Part shown: in pieces, positions 17,568 to 27,065 of the stretch
How positions within the stretch are numbered: the first letter of the stretch is position 1
Layout: every line of letters starts with the position of its first letter
From: an uncultured archaeon
GTDB lineage: Archaea; Asgardarchaeota; Jordiarchaeia; Jordiarchaeales; Jordiarchaeaceae
Assembly (NCBI GenBank): GCA_964510585.1
Contig: CAZECW010000072.1
Span: 1 to 32,000 of the forward strand
Reading direction: 5' to 3'
Length of the DNA: 32,000 nt
Notes under the pieces: model-generated
Told to the model about the DNA's origin: nothing
Databases searched by the model: none
What the model saw: the letters and a program-made list of their open reading frames with translations, nothing else
Position numbers and translations under genes: made by a program

Positions 17568-18334
17568 AAGTTGGCTGGTACGGGCTGTATAACAAAATTA
17601 TTAAGTGTGACAGTAATAGACTTATTATTTGTTGGAGGTATAACAAGAGTATGGACATTTTACCCGCTATTATCCTTGCCCTCTGGTTTATTCTACCCGC
17701 GTATGCATCAAACGGACTTGCTGTGGTTTTTGGAAGAGGCAGTAGGCTGAATAAACCTTTGGATTTTGGACATAACTTTATAGATGGAAGGCGTATTTTT
17801 GGAGATGGAAAAACATTCCGTGGACTTATAGGAGGAACTGCATTTGGAACATTAATAGGCGCCATACAATTATTATCAGGAGAAAAAATAGCTCTACCAT
17901 GGTTAAGCTCAAATACGCCAATTGGATTATGGATTTACCTCGCCTCATACTTGGGTGCTTCTTATGACCTTTTGTACTTTTTAATTTATCAGTGGTTAAC
18001 CTTTTCTCCATTATTCTTTATTCTATTGGGTTTACCAATAAATTCCAAGTCAATATTGGCTCCCACAGTGTTTCACGGGTTTCTTTTATCTTTTGGCGCC
18101 TTGTTAGGCGACTTGGTAGGCTCATTCATAAAAAGAAGACTTAATCTTGAAAGAGGACACCCCGCACCATTTCTGGATCAGCTAGACTTTGTAGTTGGTG
18201 CATTAGCACTCTCGTTCATCGAATTCATTCCCCAAATAGAAATCATTATCGCATTACTAGTTTTCACACCAATAATACATCTTACTGCAAATATAATAGG
18301 CTATAAATTAAAACTCAAAAAGGAACCCTGGTAA
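17564..18334 (+). CDS. carS: CDP-archaeol synthase (start probably ATG 17651)
   Basis: LPAYASN, PLDFG..FIDGRRIFGDGKTFRG, GDLVGSFIKRR, PFLDQLDF, KKEPW C-terminus. Confidence 0.95.
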   Translation: MKVGWYGLYNKIIKCDSNRLIICWRYNKSMDILPAIILALWFILPAYASNGLAVVFGRGSRLNKPLDFGHNFIDGRRIFGDGKTFRGLIGGTAFGTLIGAIQLLSGEKIALPWLSSNTPIGLWIYLASYLGASYDLLYFLIYQWLTFSPLFFILLGLPINSKSILAPTVFHGFLLSFGALLGDLVGSFIKRRLNLERGHPAPFLDQLDFVVGALALSFIEFIPQIEIIIALLVFTPIIHLTANIIGYKLKLKKEPW

Positions 18335-18364
18335 CACCCTATCTTTAAGATTATTCTTCCTAAA

Positions 18365-18775
18365 CTATCTAGCCCAAGGATATAACCAAGTAGCCTTCGA
18401 TATCATCATCCAATGCAACAATATTACCGAAATTGCTATCATTGCTATCCCTAGCCATAGTAATTTTGTAGCATAGCTAGCATTGTAAACATGTTTTGTG
18501 GACTCATAGATCAACAAAAATCCAACGAAACCAACGAATATGAGCGTTATTGATAGTACCATTTCTATACCATACTGATCTTGTAGGCTAGAATTGACCA
18601 GCGAGGTACCTGAAGGATTAGTAAATGAAGGGCTGTTAACTAAATAGAAAACGCCGCCACCCATAGCAAAAAGAACCACGGCTAGAACAATACCAAAAGC
18701 TATTAGAGGTGAAAGACCTGCAGGTAAACTAATTTTAAGTCTTTTCATAGTAAGGCACCTTTTTAATAGAGGCAC
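18365..18775 (-). CDS. OST3/OST6-family, DC2/OSTC-like oligosaccharyltransferase subunit with 3 TM helices (start probably ATG 18748)
   Basis: LFAMGGGVFYLVNSP, QDQYGIEMVLSITLIFVGFVGFLLIYES and KLLWLGIAMIAISVILLHWMMISK align by eye with OSTC [43 protein letters not shown] and LLLFIGFVCVLLSF..VFMRMK. Confidence 0.75.
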   Translation of the reverse strand: MPLLKRCLTMKRLKISLPAGLSPLIAFGIVLAVVLFAMGGGVFYLVNSPSFTNPSGTSLVNSSLQDQYGIEMVLSITLIFVGFVGFLLIYESTKHVYNASYATKLLWLGIAMIAISVILLHWMMISKATWLYPWAR

Positions 18776-18836
18776 TAAAAAGGGCTAAGAATTTTTGCCA
18801 GTTCTAGCTTAAATAATTTCCCATAGTATAAGGGAA

Positions 18837-19055
18837 TTATTCTAAATTTTCATTTAGCAGATGAATAGCGAGTTCTCTGACCCATTCTCCAGTATTTTCA
18901 TTTTCTATTACCTTCTTTAGATATTCTTGCCAAGTAATATCCATGGCTTTTTTCCATTCGTTATACGCTTCTTTAAGGTTAATGTAGGCGGATAGGTGAT
19001 TCTCGCAGTAATTGGACCCCTCATTTGTATTAACACCACAAATGATGCAATTCAT
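18837..19055 (-). CDS. Small Cys/His Zn-finger-like protein translationally coupled to topA
   Basis: CIIC...YCENH motif, amphipathic helical C-terminus; 4-nt ATGA overlap with the topA stop. Confidence 0.7.
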   Translation of the reverse strand: MNCIICGVNTNEGSNYCENHLSAYINLKEAYNEWKKAMDITWQEYLKKVIENENTGEWVRELAIHLLNENLE

Positions 19056-21148
19056 TGAGTCTCACCTCCTCGTTGAATTTTGTTTTTTCCTCCGGGGCAA
19101 TTCTGCCAATTAATACACATGTTCCAAGGCTTCTTCCTAGACCGCCTAATTCTAACCATGGGAAAACCGCAGTATTGGCAATTTTCACCAGTAGTTTCTA
19201 TATCTCCCTCTTGAGGTATCGGAACGCTGAAGCTGCATTTTTTTGTCCAGTAATTAGAACATCCTATAAACCTTTTCCGTGTTTTTTTCGAATGCATTAT
19301 AGTAAGTGAGCCCTCCTTACAGATAGGACAAATGCCAATGGTGCTTTTTTCTCTCCTTAAAGACGCTAGCGCTTCGGAGAGCCCTTGACCGATGACCTTC
19401 TCTTTTAGTTTGAGCTCTTTTAGAATGGGAGTGAGTTTTTCCACGGCGTCAATGATTACTTCTTGTCTCGTCCTTCTGTTTGTCTCGATTTCCTCCATTT
19501 CCTGCTCCAGTTCGCGGGTAAGCTCTACGGATAAAACTTTAGGACAATACTTTGATAGTATGTTGATTACCGAAAAACCAAGCGGAGTCATAAATATTCT
19601 TTCACCCGTAATGTAGCCTCTACTGTATAAAGTATCAATTATTTCTGCCCTTGTGGCCTTAGTACCTATGTGTTGGTTTTCCATCAACATTAGAACACTT
19701 TTCGGGTTATAACGTGGAGGCGCCGTAGTGTATTTATCAACAAGTTCTATTGAATCTAATTCAATTTTTTGCCCCTCTTTTAATTGTGGCAAAATTGTTT
19801 CTTCACTTCTAATGTAGGGTGAATAGTATTTCTGCCAGCCTTGCTCTAAGATTCTACTTCCACGCAGATGAAAAAGATGTCCATTAATAGTTATCTCTAT
19901 TTTTAGACTTTCTCGAATAGAGGGATCCCCAAAAACTGCTAAAAACCTTCTAACCACTAGATCAAATATTTTTCTATTATCCTCTTTTAGTTTCTTTTCT
20001 GGCAAATTTCCCGTTGGGTGAATTGGTGGATGCGCCAAGTCTTCCTTTTTGCCTTGAGTGGGAACCAGTTTTTCCTTTGACAAGAGCTCTCTAGCCATTT
20101 GAGAATACTCCTCAATATTTGATAACGATTTAAGAATAGCGTGTACATCAATTGAGGGTGGAAATTTTTGGCTACCGGAACGAGGATAAGAAATCAATGC
20201 GTCAAGATACAATTGTTCGGCTATTCTTAAAGTACGACTGGGTGTAAATCTGAAGTAAGTATACGCCTCTGACTGTAGAGTGCCTATGTCAAGGGGTACA
20301 GGAGGCTTTTGCAAAGTTTTCCTTGTCTGAATTTGGGAAACTGCTCCTACTCTGTTATTACACTCGTTTATCACCTTCTCTGCTTCCTTCTTTATCCAAA
20401 TCTTTTTTTGGGAATACTCGAGGAGATATTTTTTGCCATCTATTAGAGCTACTGCATTAATTGTCCAGAAAGGCTTTGGAACAAAACTTCGAATTTTTTT
20501 CTCCCTCTCTGCTATGAAGGCTAAGGTGGGGCCCTGTACACGCCCAGTACTTAAAGCTTTATACATCCCTGAAACTTTCTTCAAAGATAGTATCATGGCT
20601 CTAGAAAGGTTGATGCCATAAATCCAATCTATCTCGTGGCGTGTTCGTCCCGCTTCTATTAACTCCCAATCTAGTGTAGGCGACAATGAGTTAAACCCCT
20701 TAATTATATCCCGATTAGTTAATGTTGAAAATTTCATTCTTTGAGCTCTAGTGAGGCTTGATTCACCGCAGGCGTATTTTAATACGCAATAAGCTATTTG
20801 ACTGCCCTCTATATCAAAATCTGTAGCAGAGATAAAATTTTTGGCTTCTCTTGAAAGTTTTGATATAACCCTTATGAAGTTCTCTGTATTCCTTGATTGC
20901 TTGTTAGCAATATATGAGGGAACCCATTTTGTTTGAAATATTGGGTATGTCCAACCCTTCCCTTCTTGAGCAACTGAATAGAGATGCCCAATAGCAGGCA
21001 CCACTCTAATCCTTTCACCATTCCTGACAATATCATAATAGGTAATACCGTGCTCTTCATGTTTCACAGGCGTACCCTTCTCATTTAATGCGTCTGCAAT
21101 TCGTTTGGCGGCAGTCGGCTTCTCAGTTATCAATAAGGTATAGCTCAT
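19052..21148 (-). CDS. topA: DNA topoisomerase type IA with C-terminal Zn ribbons
   Basis: TOPRIM ITEKP...GHL...ATDFDIEG, STGRVQGPTL, catalytic ISYPR, HPPIHPT, IGTKATRAEII; CPIC/GCSNY/CQYC/CINW Zn ribbons. Confidence 0.96.
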   Translation of the reverse strand: MSYTLLITEKPTAAKRIADALNEKGTPVKHEEHGITYYDIVRNGERIRVVPAIGHLYSVAQEGKGWTYPIFQTKWVPSYIANKQSRNTENFIRVISKLSREAKNFISATDFDIEGSQIAYCVLKYACGESSLTRAQRMKFSTLTNRDIIKGFNSLSPTLDWELIEAGRTRHEIDWIYGINLSRAMILSLKKVSGMYKALSTGRVQGPTLAFIAEREKKIRSFVPKPFWTINAVALIDGKKYLLEYSQKKIWIKKEAEKVINECNNRVGAVSQIQTRKTLQKPPVPLDIGTLQSEAYTYFRFTPSRTLRIAEQLYLDALISYPRSGSQKFPPSIDVHAILKSLSNIEEYSQMARELLSKEKLVPTQGKKEDLAHPPIHPTGNLPEKKLKEDNRKIFDLVVRRFLAVFGDPSIRESLKIEITINGHLFHLRGSRILEQGWQKYYSPYIRSEETILPQLKEGQKIELDSIELVDKYTTAPPRYNPKSVLMLMENQHIGTKATRAEIIDTLYSRGYITGERIFMTPLGFSVINILSKYCPKVLSVELTRELEQEMEEIETNRRTRQEVIIDAVEKLTPILKELKLKEKVIGQGLSEALASLRREKSTIGICPICKEGSLTIMHSKKTRKRFIGCSNYWTKKCSFSVPIPQEGDIETTGENCQYCGFPMVRIRRSRKKPWNMCINWQNCPGGKNKIQRGGETQ

Positions 21149-21461
21149 CGCACTTCACGCCATATTTAATTGATTCAAGCAAATATGATGAGGATTGAGA
21201 ACAGTCATTAATATAGGAAATTTTTATATAGCTTCCCCCAATGGGGGTTTACAAATAAAGTTATGATGGTTAAATCAATTGCCTCCTTAAGAATTTTTCA
21301 GCACCACGTTATATACAAATATGTTAGCGGTGAAAAAAGGTTTAATCAATCTAAAAATAGGATGAAGCATTAAAAACTCTAGGGCGGCATTAGTTAAAAA
21401 AATAAGCAAAAACTTTAATAGCAAAAACCAATCGAGTTAAGAATCGATGGAGGAATTATAA

Positions 21462-21881
21462 ATGGTTAAAGTACAGGATATAAACATACCAGATGACCTC
21501 CTCTACATAGAGGAACATCAGTGGGCAAAAATCGAAGACACAAATGTACGAGTTGGCATAACAGACTATGCTCAAAAGGCGTTGAGAGATATTGTGTACG
21601 TGGAACTTCCAGAAAAGGGAACAGAAGTGGAAAGTATGAGCGAGTTCGGTAGTATCGAGTCTGTGAAGGCGGTTTCAGAGTTATATGCTCCAGTTAGCGG
21701 TGAGATAATCGATGTAAACGGCGAGTTAGAAGATGCGCCCGAACTTGTAAACGAAGATCCTTATAAAAAAGGATGGATGATAGTAATCAAAGCAACAAAC
21801 CTCGAAAAGGAAAAAGAAAAATTACTTACGGCCGAACAATACGCCGAAATCGTTAAAGAAGCCCTTAAAGAAGGCGGTTAG
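21462..21881 (+). CDS. gcvH: Glycine cleavage H protein / lipoyl carrier
   Basis: HQWAK...VGITDYAQ..L.DIVYVELP, lipoyl-Lys IESVKAVSELYAPVSG, VNEDPY..GW; GGAGG at 21449-21453. Confidence 0.95.
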   Translation: MVKVQDINIPDDLLYIEEHQWAKIEDTNVRVGITDYAQKALRDIVYVELPEKGTEVESMSEFGSIESVKAVSELYAPVSGEIIDVNGELEDAPELVNEDPYKKGWMIVIKATNLEKEKEKLLTAEQYAEIVKEALKEGG

Positions 21882-22070
21882 AAAAGGTTAATTTTTTAAC
21901 CTCCAATTTCTTTTTTTCCAAATGCAACGAAAGTATGAGAAAAATAAAATTAGCTTCGAGAAAAGATTTAATTAGAGATTAGATTGAAAATCTTAAAAGG
22001 GGAGTAATTTACTTTAAAACTGAAGTTCCATATTTTCCTATTGCTTTAAGAGGATAGAAGGTTAAAAATT

Positions 22071-24011
22071 GTGACAAAAGCATCCATATTCCTCGGAAAG
22101 ATTAAACTCGGTTGGTGTACTTCATGCAATTTGCCCCTCCTAGATGAAACGCCATGTGGAATTTGTGGTAATAATGCCGAGAAGATTCAGGTATCTCCCC
22201 CTGGGGATTTTCGCCCAAGTTTTAGTAAAGACTTGGAGCGGATCAGGAAGGTAATAGACGAGCAGTATGGAGAAACACTTGGAAGGAAACTGATTCCTGA
22301 TGACAAGATAGTTCTGCTAAACAAAGTCTCTTACTCTGATCACATGGATGAAATAATAATTGATGGCAGGGTTATTGGGAATATTCGATTTAACCCTTCT
22401 TCGAAGAGCTGGCAATTTGTTCCTAAAATAATTGGTGCTAGGAGACTTTGGCAAGCAGGTTGTAGTAAGTGGATAAAGGTAGATAAGGGCGCTGTAGAGC
22501 CAATTACGAAGGGCGCCAATATTTTGGGCCCTGGTGTAACTGATTGTAGTGAAGACATTCAGGAGGGGGATCAAGTCATAGTTGTCTCTCCAAATAATGA
22601 TGTTATAGCCACGGGAACCGCGAAAAGAAACGCGATAGATATTTTAACGAAAATAAAAGGAATTGTTGTTAAGCCGAGAGAATATGGTGCTCCGGGGGAT
22701 ACTTTTACATTAAAAGGCGGCCAAAGCTGGGAGGATGTTGTGGAGGCTAATAAGGAGGTTTTACGAAAATATGAGAAGGACGCTATAGATTTTATACACA
22801 AGGTTTGCAAATCTTATAATAAACCCGTAACAGTTGCTTTTTCTGGCGGCAAAGATTCGCTTGTAACACTTTTACTAACTTTAAAGGCTTTGGGAAAGAA
22901 TTTCTGGATACTATTTGTAGATACCGGGGTGGAATTTAAGGAAACAGTTGATTACACGCATAATGTTGTTAAGGAGTTGGGGCTTGCGGAAAAATTGTTA
23001 GAGAGAAAAGTGAATCCAGATACCTTTTGGAGCTTGTCTGAAAAATTCGGTCCACCAGGTCGTGACTATAGAATTTGTTGCAAAAGTATTAAGCTTGGAC
23101 CTACCAGCTTATTAATCGAAGAAAACTTTCCTGATGGTTGCTTAACTTTTATTGGTCAAAGAAGATACGAATCAGAAGCTAGGGCTAGAGAGAAAAAAGT
23201 GAGCGTAAATCCCTGGGTTTCAAAACAGGTGTCAGCTACCCCAATACAGGACTGGACTGCTTTACATGTTTGGCTCTACATCTTTCAGCAAAAGGTTCCC
23301 TATAACCCTTTATATAACAAAGGTTTTATTAGAATAGGATGCTGGCCGTGCCCCGCTTCAAAGTTGGCAGAGTTTGAAATGTTAAGAGAGGAGTATCCGG
23401 AAAACTGGGAAAAATTGCGTAATATGCTAGAAAAATGGAGGAAGAAGTATAATTTCCCTAAGGAATGGATAGACTATGGTTTCTGGAGGTGGAAAACTCT
23501 ACCTGAGGGGCAGTTTAAACTTATTGAAGAGCTCAAAATAACTCAAAACATAAAAACGAGACCTCTCACCAAGGAGAAGCTGCGTTTTAAAATAGAGGAA
23601 GTACCGCCAACACTCGAAGAGAAAGAATATTCACTAAAAGTGGTATTTAATTGCACCTTTGACATGGAGCAAATTGCCAATTTTTCGAATATTTTAGGAA
23701 AAGTGAAATATTTACCAGAATTAGGCTTTATCCAAATAGAGATGGATGATTCAATTTGTAAAATCTTTAAGGATGGAAAATTCATAGTTATAACAAAAGG
23801 CGCCGACAATGCTAAGAAAATTTGTAAAAATGTGGCTTCAATTATCATCAGATCAATGAAGTGCCTAGGGTGTGGTTCATGTATACCTTGGTATGGCTCC
23901 TGCAACGCGTTTTCATTAAAAGAAGGAAAGTTAAGAATCATTGAGAGTAAGTGTACTCACTGCTCGAGTTGTTTGGAGGCGCCTTGCACTGCTCTATACG
24001 CTAATACATAA
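22071..24011 (+). CDS. PUA + PAPS-reductase-like PP-loop + 4Fe-4S ferredoxin multidomain protein
   Basis: N-terminal WCTSC...CGIC, PUA (VDKGAVEPITKGANILGPGV), PP-loop FSGGKDS, RICCKSIK, GQRRYES..R, RIGCWPCP, C-terminal CLGCGSC...CTHCSSC. Confidence 0.88.
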   Translation: MTKASIFLGKIKLGWCTSCNLPLLDETPCGICGNNAEKIQVSPPGDFRPSFSKDLERIRKVIDEQYGETLGRKLIPDDKIVLLNKVSYSDHMDEIIIDGRVIGNIRFNPSSKSWQFVPKIIGARRLWQAGCSKWIKVDKGAVEPITKGANILGPGVTDCSEDIQEGDQVIVVSPNNDVIATGTAKRNAIDILTKIKGIVVKPREYGAPGDTFTLKGGQSWEDVVEANKEVLRKYEKDAIDFIHKVCKSYNKPVTVAFSGGKDSLVTLLLTLKALGKNFWILFVDTGVEFKETVDYTHNVVKELGLAEKLLERKVNPDTFWSLSEKFGPPGRDYRICCKSIKLGPTSLLIEENFPDGCLTFIGQRRYESEARAREKKVSVNPWVSKQVSATPIQDWTALHVWLYIFQQKVPYNPLYNKGFIRIGCWPCPASKLAEFEMLREEYPENWEKLRNMLEKWRKKYNFPKEWIDYGFWRWKTLPEGQFKLIEELKITQNIKTRPLTKEKLRFKIEEVPPTLEEKEYSLKVVFNCTFDMEQIANFSNILGKVKYLPELGFIQIEMDDSICKIFKDGKFIVITKGADNAKKICKNVASIIIRSMKCLGCGSCIPWYGSCNAFSLKEGKLRIIESKCTHCSSCLEAPCTALYANT

Positions 24012-24068
24012 ACAAGGAATTGATTTGCAAAAGGCCTCATTTTTTTAAAGTATTTGAAGATGAAAGCT

Positions 24069-24422
24069 TCATGGGCTTTTGCCTATTATTTGGCGAATTT
24101 CTTCGATGAGTTCCTTACGTAGCCTCTGCACGTCCCTTAGCTCAACAGTTTCTGCTTCCTTTGCCACGTTCTTCAGTTGTACTACGGAACCCACCGCTGC
24201 AACATTGGACACATCTACTGGAAACTCGACTTCTAATCCCTTAATTATTAGTTCAACGCGAAGAGGGGGTAGACTGAGGCGTATGCTTCTGATAATCCCC
24301 ACCATGCGGGCTGCGGAGTCTACAACCACTTTTCCAACTAGTTGACCAGGAATTACAAGTTCATAAAGTTCCGATTCTGCACCAGGTGATAGTTCATCTT
24401 GAACCACACAGATAACCTCCAT
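24069..24422 (-). CDS. PRC-barrel-like protein (start probably GTG 24407)
   Basis: LVGKVVVDSAARMVGIIRSI...VDVSNVAAVGSVVQLK matches the PRC-barrel pattern; GGAGGT SD at 24415-24420 (minus strand) is 7 nt before the GTG. Confidence 0.6.
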   Translation of the reverse strand: MEVICVVQDELSPGAESELYELVIPGQLVGKVVVDSAARMVGIIRSIRLSLPPLRVELIIKGLEVEFPVDVSNVAAVGSVVQLKNVAKEAETVELRDVQRLRKELIEEIRQIIGKSP

Positions 24423-24800
24423 TTTTCTGCCATTAAAGACAAGTAATAAACAAATCTAAATCTATTTATTTTCTCTCCTACAAAGAAGGTAATATTATGT
24501 AGTAATATTTGAGAAATAGATAGGAATATCCTCCGTAACATTAACAAAGACCTCATCATGCACCGTTCTAAAAATTGTCAATTCTTTTCACTATAAAAAA
24601 CCTTTTTCGTTCTTTGAAAAGCGAAGCGTATTTTAGGTTTTTAATGAAAAAGGATCCTTGAGGTAGCCGAATATAAATAGAGGGGATTGAATTTGCTGAC
24701 TAGAAAGAATTTAAAAAGTTGGATGAAGTTAAAAATTACTAAAATTGAATGTATTTCTGGCTACGCACACATTATATGCCCCGTTGGAACGCTGATATAA

Positions 24801-27065
24801 ATGGATAGTAAGTACATTAATCACCCATACCTAAAGGAAAATACTATCGAACATAGACTTTATCAAGAAACTATAACTGCAAGTTGTGCCGAGCAAAACT
24901 CTCTCGTGATTCTGCCAACGGGCCTCGGTAAGACGCTAATAGCAGTTATGATTGCTGCTCTTCGTCTTCAGAAAATGAGTGGGGGGTTCATAGTTTTTTT
25001 AGCGCCAACGCGCCCTCTAGTACTCCAACATGCTGAAACTTTCAAGTCCACTTTAAGGGTAGACGAAAATGAGATTATGATTTTTACAGGTGAAATCCCT
25101 CCAGAAGAAAGAATAGAGAGATGGAGGAAAGCAAAGGTTGTTTTGGCCACGCCACAAATTGTGGAAAACGACATAATTACAGGGAGAGTTGACTTGAAAA
25201 ATTGCGTTTTATTAGTTTTGGATGAGGCGCATAGAGCGGTTGGAAACTATTCATATGTGTTTGTTGCAGAGCAATATTTGAAGCACGCTGTTAACCCCCT
25301 TATTCTGGGTTTAACCGCATCACCAGGAGTTGAGAAGGAGAAGATAGAAGAGGTTTGTAAAAACCTCAACATTGAAAACATTGAAGTTAGAACAGAGAAG
25401 AGCCCAGATGTGCTTCCATATATAAAGGAAATTAAGGTAGACTGGGTGTTGATTAGTCTTCCTCCAAGCATTTTGGATATCAAAAAAATTTTAGAAAATG
25501 CTCTTGTAAAACGTTTAAAGACTTTGAAGGAAGAAGGGTTTATTGAATCCTATAATATTAAAACTATTTCTCGAAAGCAGTTAATAGAACTTCAAAGTCA
25601 ATTAGCAAAAGAGAGACAGACGCAACCTTCTTTATTTGAATTGATGGCAAAAACTGCAGCAGCGATCAGATTAACCTATGCACTTGAGCTTTTAGAAACA
25701 CAGGGTCTAAAAGCTCTCCAAAATTTTTTCAACAAATTGGAGGAGAGATCAAAAATATCTGGTTCTCCAAGAGGCATCAAAGATTTACTCGCGGACGACG
25801 AGATTATTAATGTAAGAATCAAAATAAAGAATCTAATCGAAAGCCAAGTAAGACATCCCAAAATCGAAAAAACGCTTCAAATAGTCAAAGAACAACTTTC
25901 ACAAAAGAGTAATTCAAGAATAATAATTTTTACACAGTTCAGGGATTCTGCAAGCGAAATAAATGAGGTTTTACGAAAAGAAAAGTATAATGTGGAAAGA
26001 TTCATAGGTCAGGCAAACAAAATTGGGGATAAGGGGCTCTCTCAGAAGCAACAAAAGGAGATAATTGAAAAATTTAAAGAGGGCATCTATAATATTCTAG
26101 TCGCCACCAGCGTTGCTGAGGAAGGCTTGGACATCAGTGAATGCGATTTGGTTATATTCTATGACACAGTGCCTAGTGCAATAAGATATATCCAGAGAAA
26201 AGGAAGGACTGGACGAAAAAGACCCGGAAATGTAGTATTACTTATTACAAAGGAAACTCGAGATGAGGCTTATTACTGGTCGGCAAAGAGAAAAGAGCGG
26301 GAAATGAAAGACACCCTAAAAACTATGGCAAAAACAATGACAGAATCCTTAAAGGAAGAAGATAAACAGCAAATTAAACTCGAAAAATATCTACAAGAAG
26401 AGAAAGAAAAAGCAATTACGGTTTATGTAGATAACAGAGAAATTGGTTCTGATGTGGTACGAGAATTAACAAGACTGAATGTCAAAATCATCCCAATGCA
26501 ACTACAAGTTGCAGATTATCTGGTTTCAGAGAAGGTTGCCATAGAGAGAAAAGCAGCGGAAGACTTTCTACAATCAATAATAGATAAAAGGTTATTCCCA
26601 CAGGTTAAGGAAATCACGTCAAATTATGAAAAGCCAGTACTTATTATTGAGGGGCGAGACTTTTACGGAAAACATGCAGTTCATCCTGAATCTATCAGAG
26701 GTGCACTGGTAAGCATAGCAATAGATTTTAAACTACCGATAATCTGGACGACTGACCCTCAAGAAACAGCGCGAATGATACATACAATTGCTCGAAGAGA
26801 ACAAACAGAGAGGGAAACTAAAATTTATGTTGCTGAGAAAGTCCCTGGAAGCTTGAAAGATGTGCAGGAAAGGGTTCTAATAGGACTCCCGGGAGTGGAT
26901 CAAACTTTAGCAAGAAGACTACTTTGTACTTTTAATTCTTTGGAGAAAATTTTCACTACACCAGAAGAGGAGCTATCCAAGGTTAGAGGAGTGGGTGAGA
27001 AAAAGGCTGAAAAAATAAGGAAGGTTATCACTTCCAGCTACAATGAGGAAAACCAAGCTTACTGA
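24801..27065 (+). CDS. hef: Hef/FANCM-type SF2 helicase-ERCC4 nuclease
   Basis: RLYQ, LPTGLGKT, DEAH, LTASPG, ATSVAEEGLDI, QRKGRTGR; ERCC4 VDNRE...ADYLVS...IERK; C-terminal HhH2. Confidence 0.95.
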   Translation: MDSKYINHPYLKENTIEHRLYQETITASCAEQNSLVILPTGLGKTLIAVMIAALRLQKMSGGFIVFLAPTRPLVLQHAETFKSTLRVDENEIMIFTGEIPPEERIERWRKAKVVLATPQIVENDIITGRVDLKNCVLLVLDEAHRAVGNYSYVFVAEQYLKHAVNPLILGLTASPGVEKEKIEEVCKNLNIENIEVRTEKSPDVLPYIKEIKVDWVLISLPPSILDIKKILENALVKRLKTLKEEGFIESYNIKTISRKQLIELQSQLAKERQTQPSLFELMAKTAAAIRLTYALELLETQGLKALQNFFNKLEERSKISGSPRGIKDLLADDEIINVRIKIKNLIESQVRHPKIEKTLQIVKEQLSQKSNSRIIIFTQFRDSASEINEVLRKEKYNVERFIGQANKIGDKGLSQKQQKEIIEKFKEGIYNILVATSVAEEGLDISECDLVIFYDTVPSAIRYIQRKGRTGRKRPGNVVLLITKETRDEAYYWSAKRKEREMKDTLKTMAKTMTESLKEEDKQQIKLEKYLQEEKEKAITVYVDNREIGSDVVRELTRLNVKIIPMQLQVADYLVSEKVAIERKAAEDFLQSIIDKRLFPQVKEITSNYEKPVLIIEGRDFYGKHAVHPESIRGALVSIAIDFKLPIIWTTDPQETARMIHTIARREQTERETKIYVAEKVPGSLKDVQERVLIGLPGVDQTLARRLLCTFNSLEKIFTTPEEELSKVRGVGEKKAEKIRKVITSSYNEENQAY

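Noticed and set aside
21235-21247. CCCCCA-A-TGGGGG palindrome between divergent topA and gcvH
   Set aside because: Single short palindrome; it cannot be distinguished from chance or assigned to an IS end or operator.
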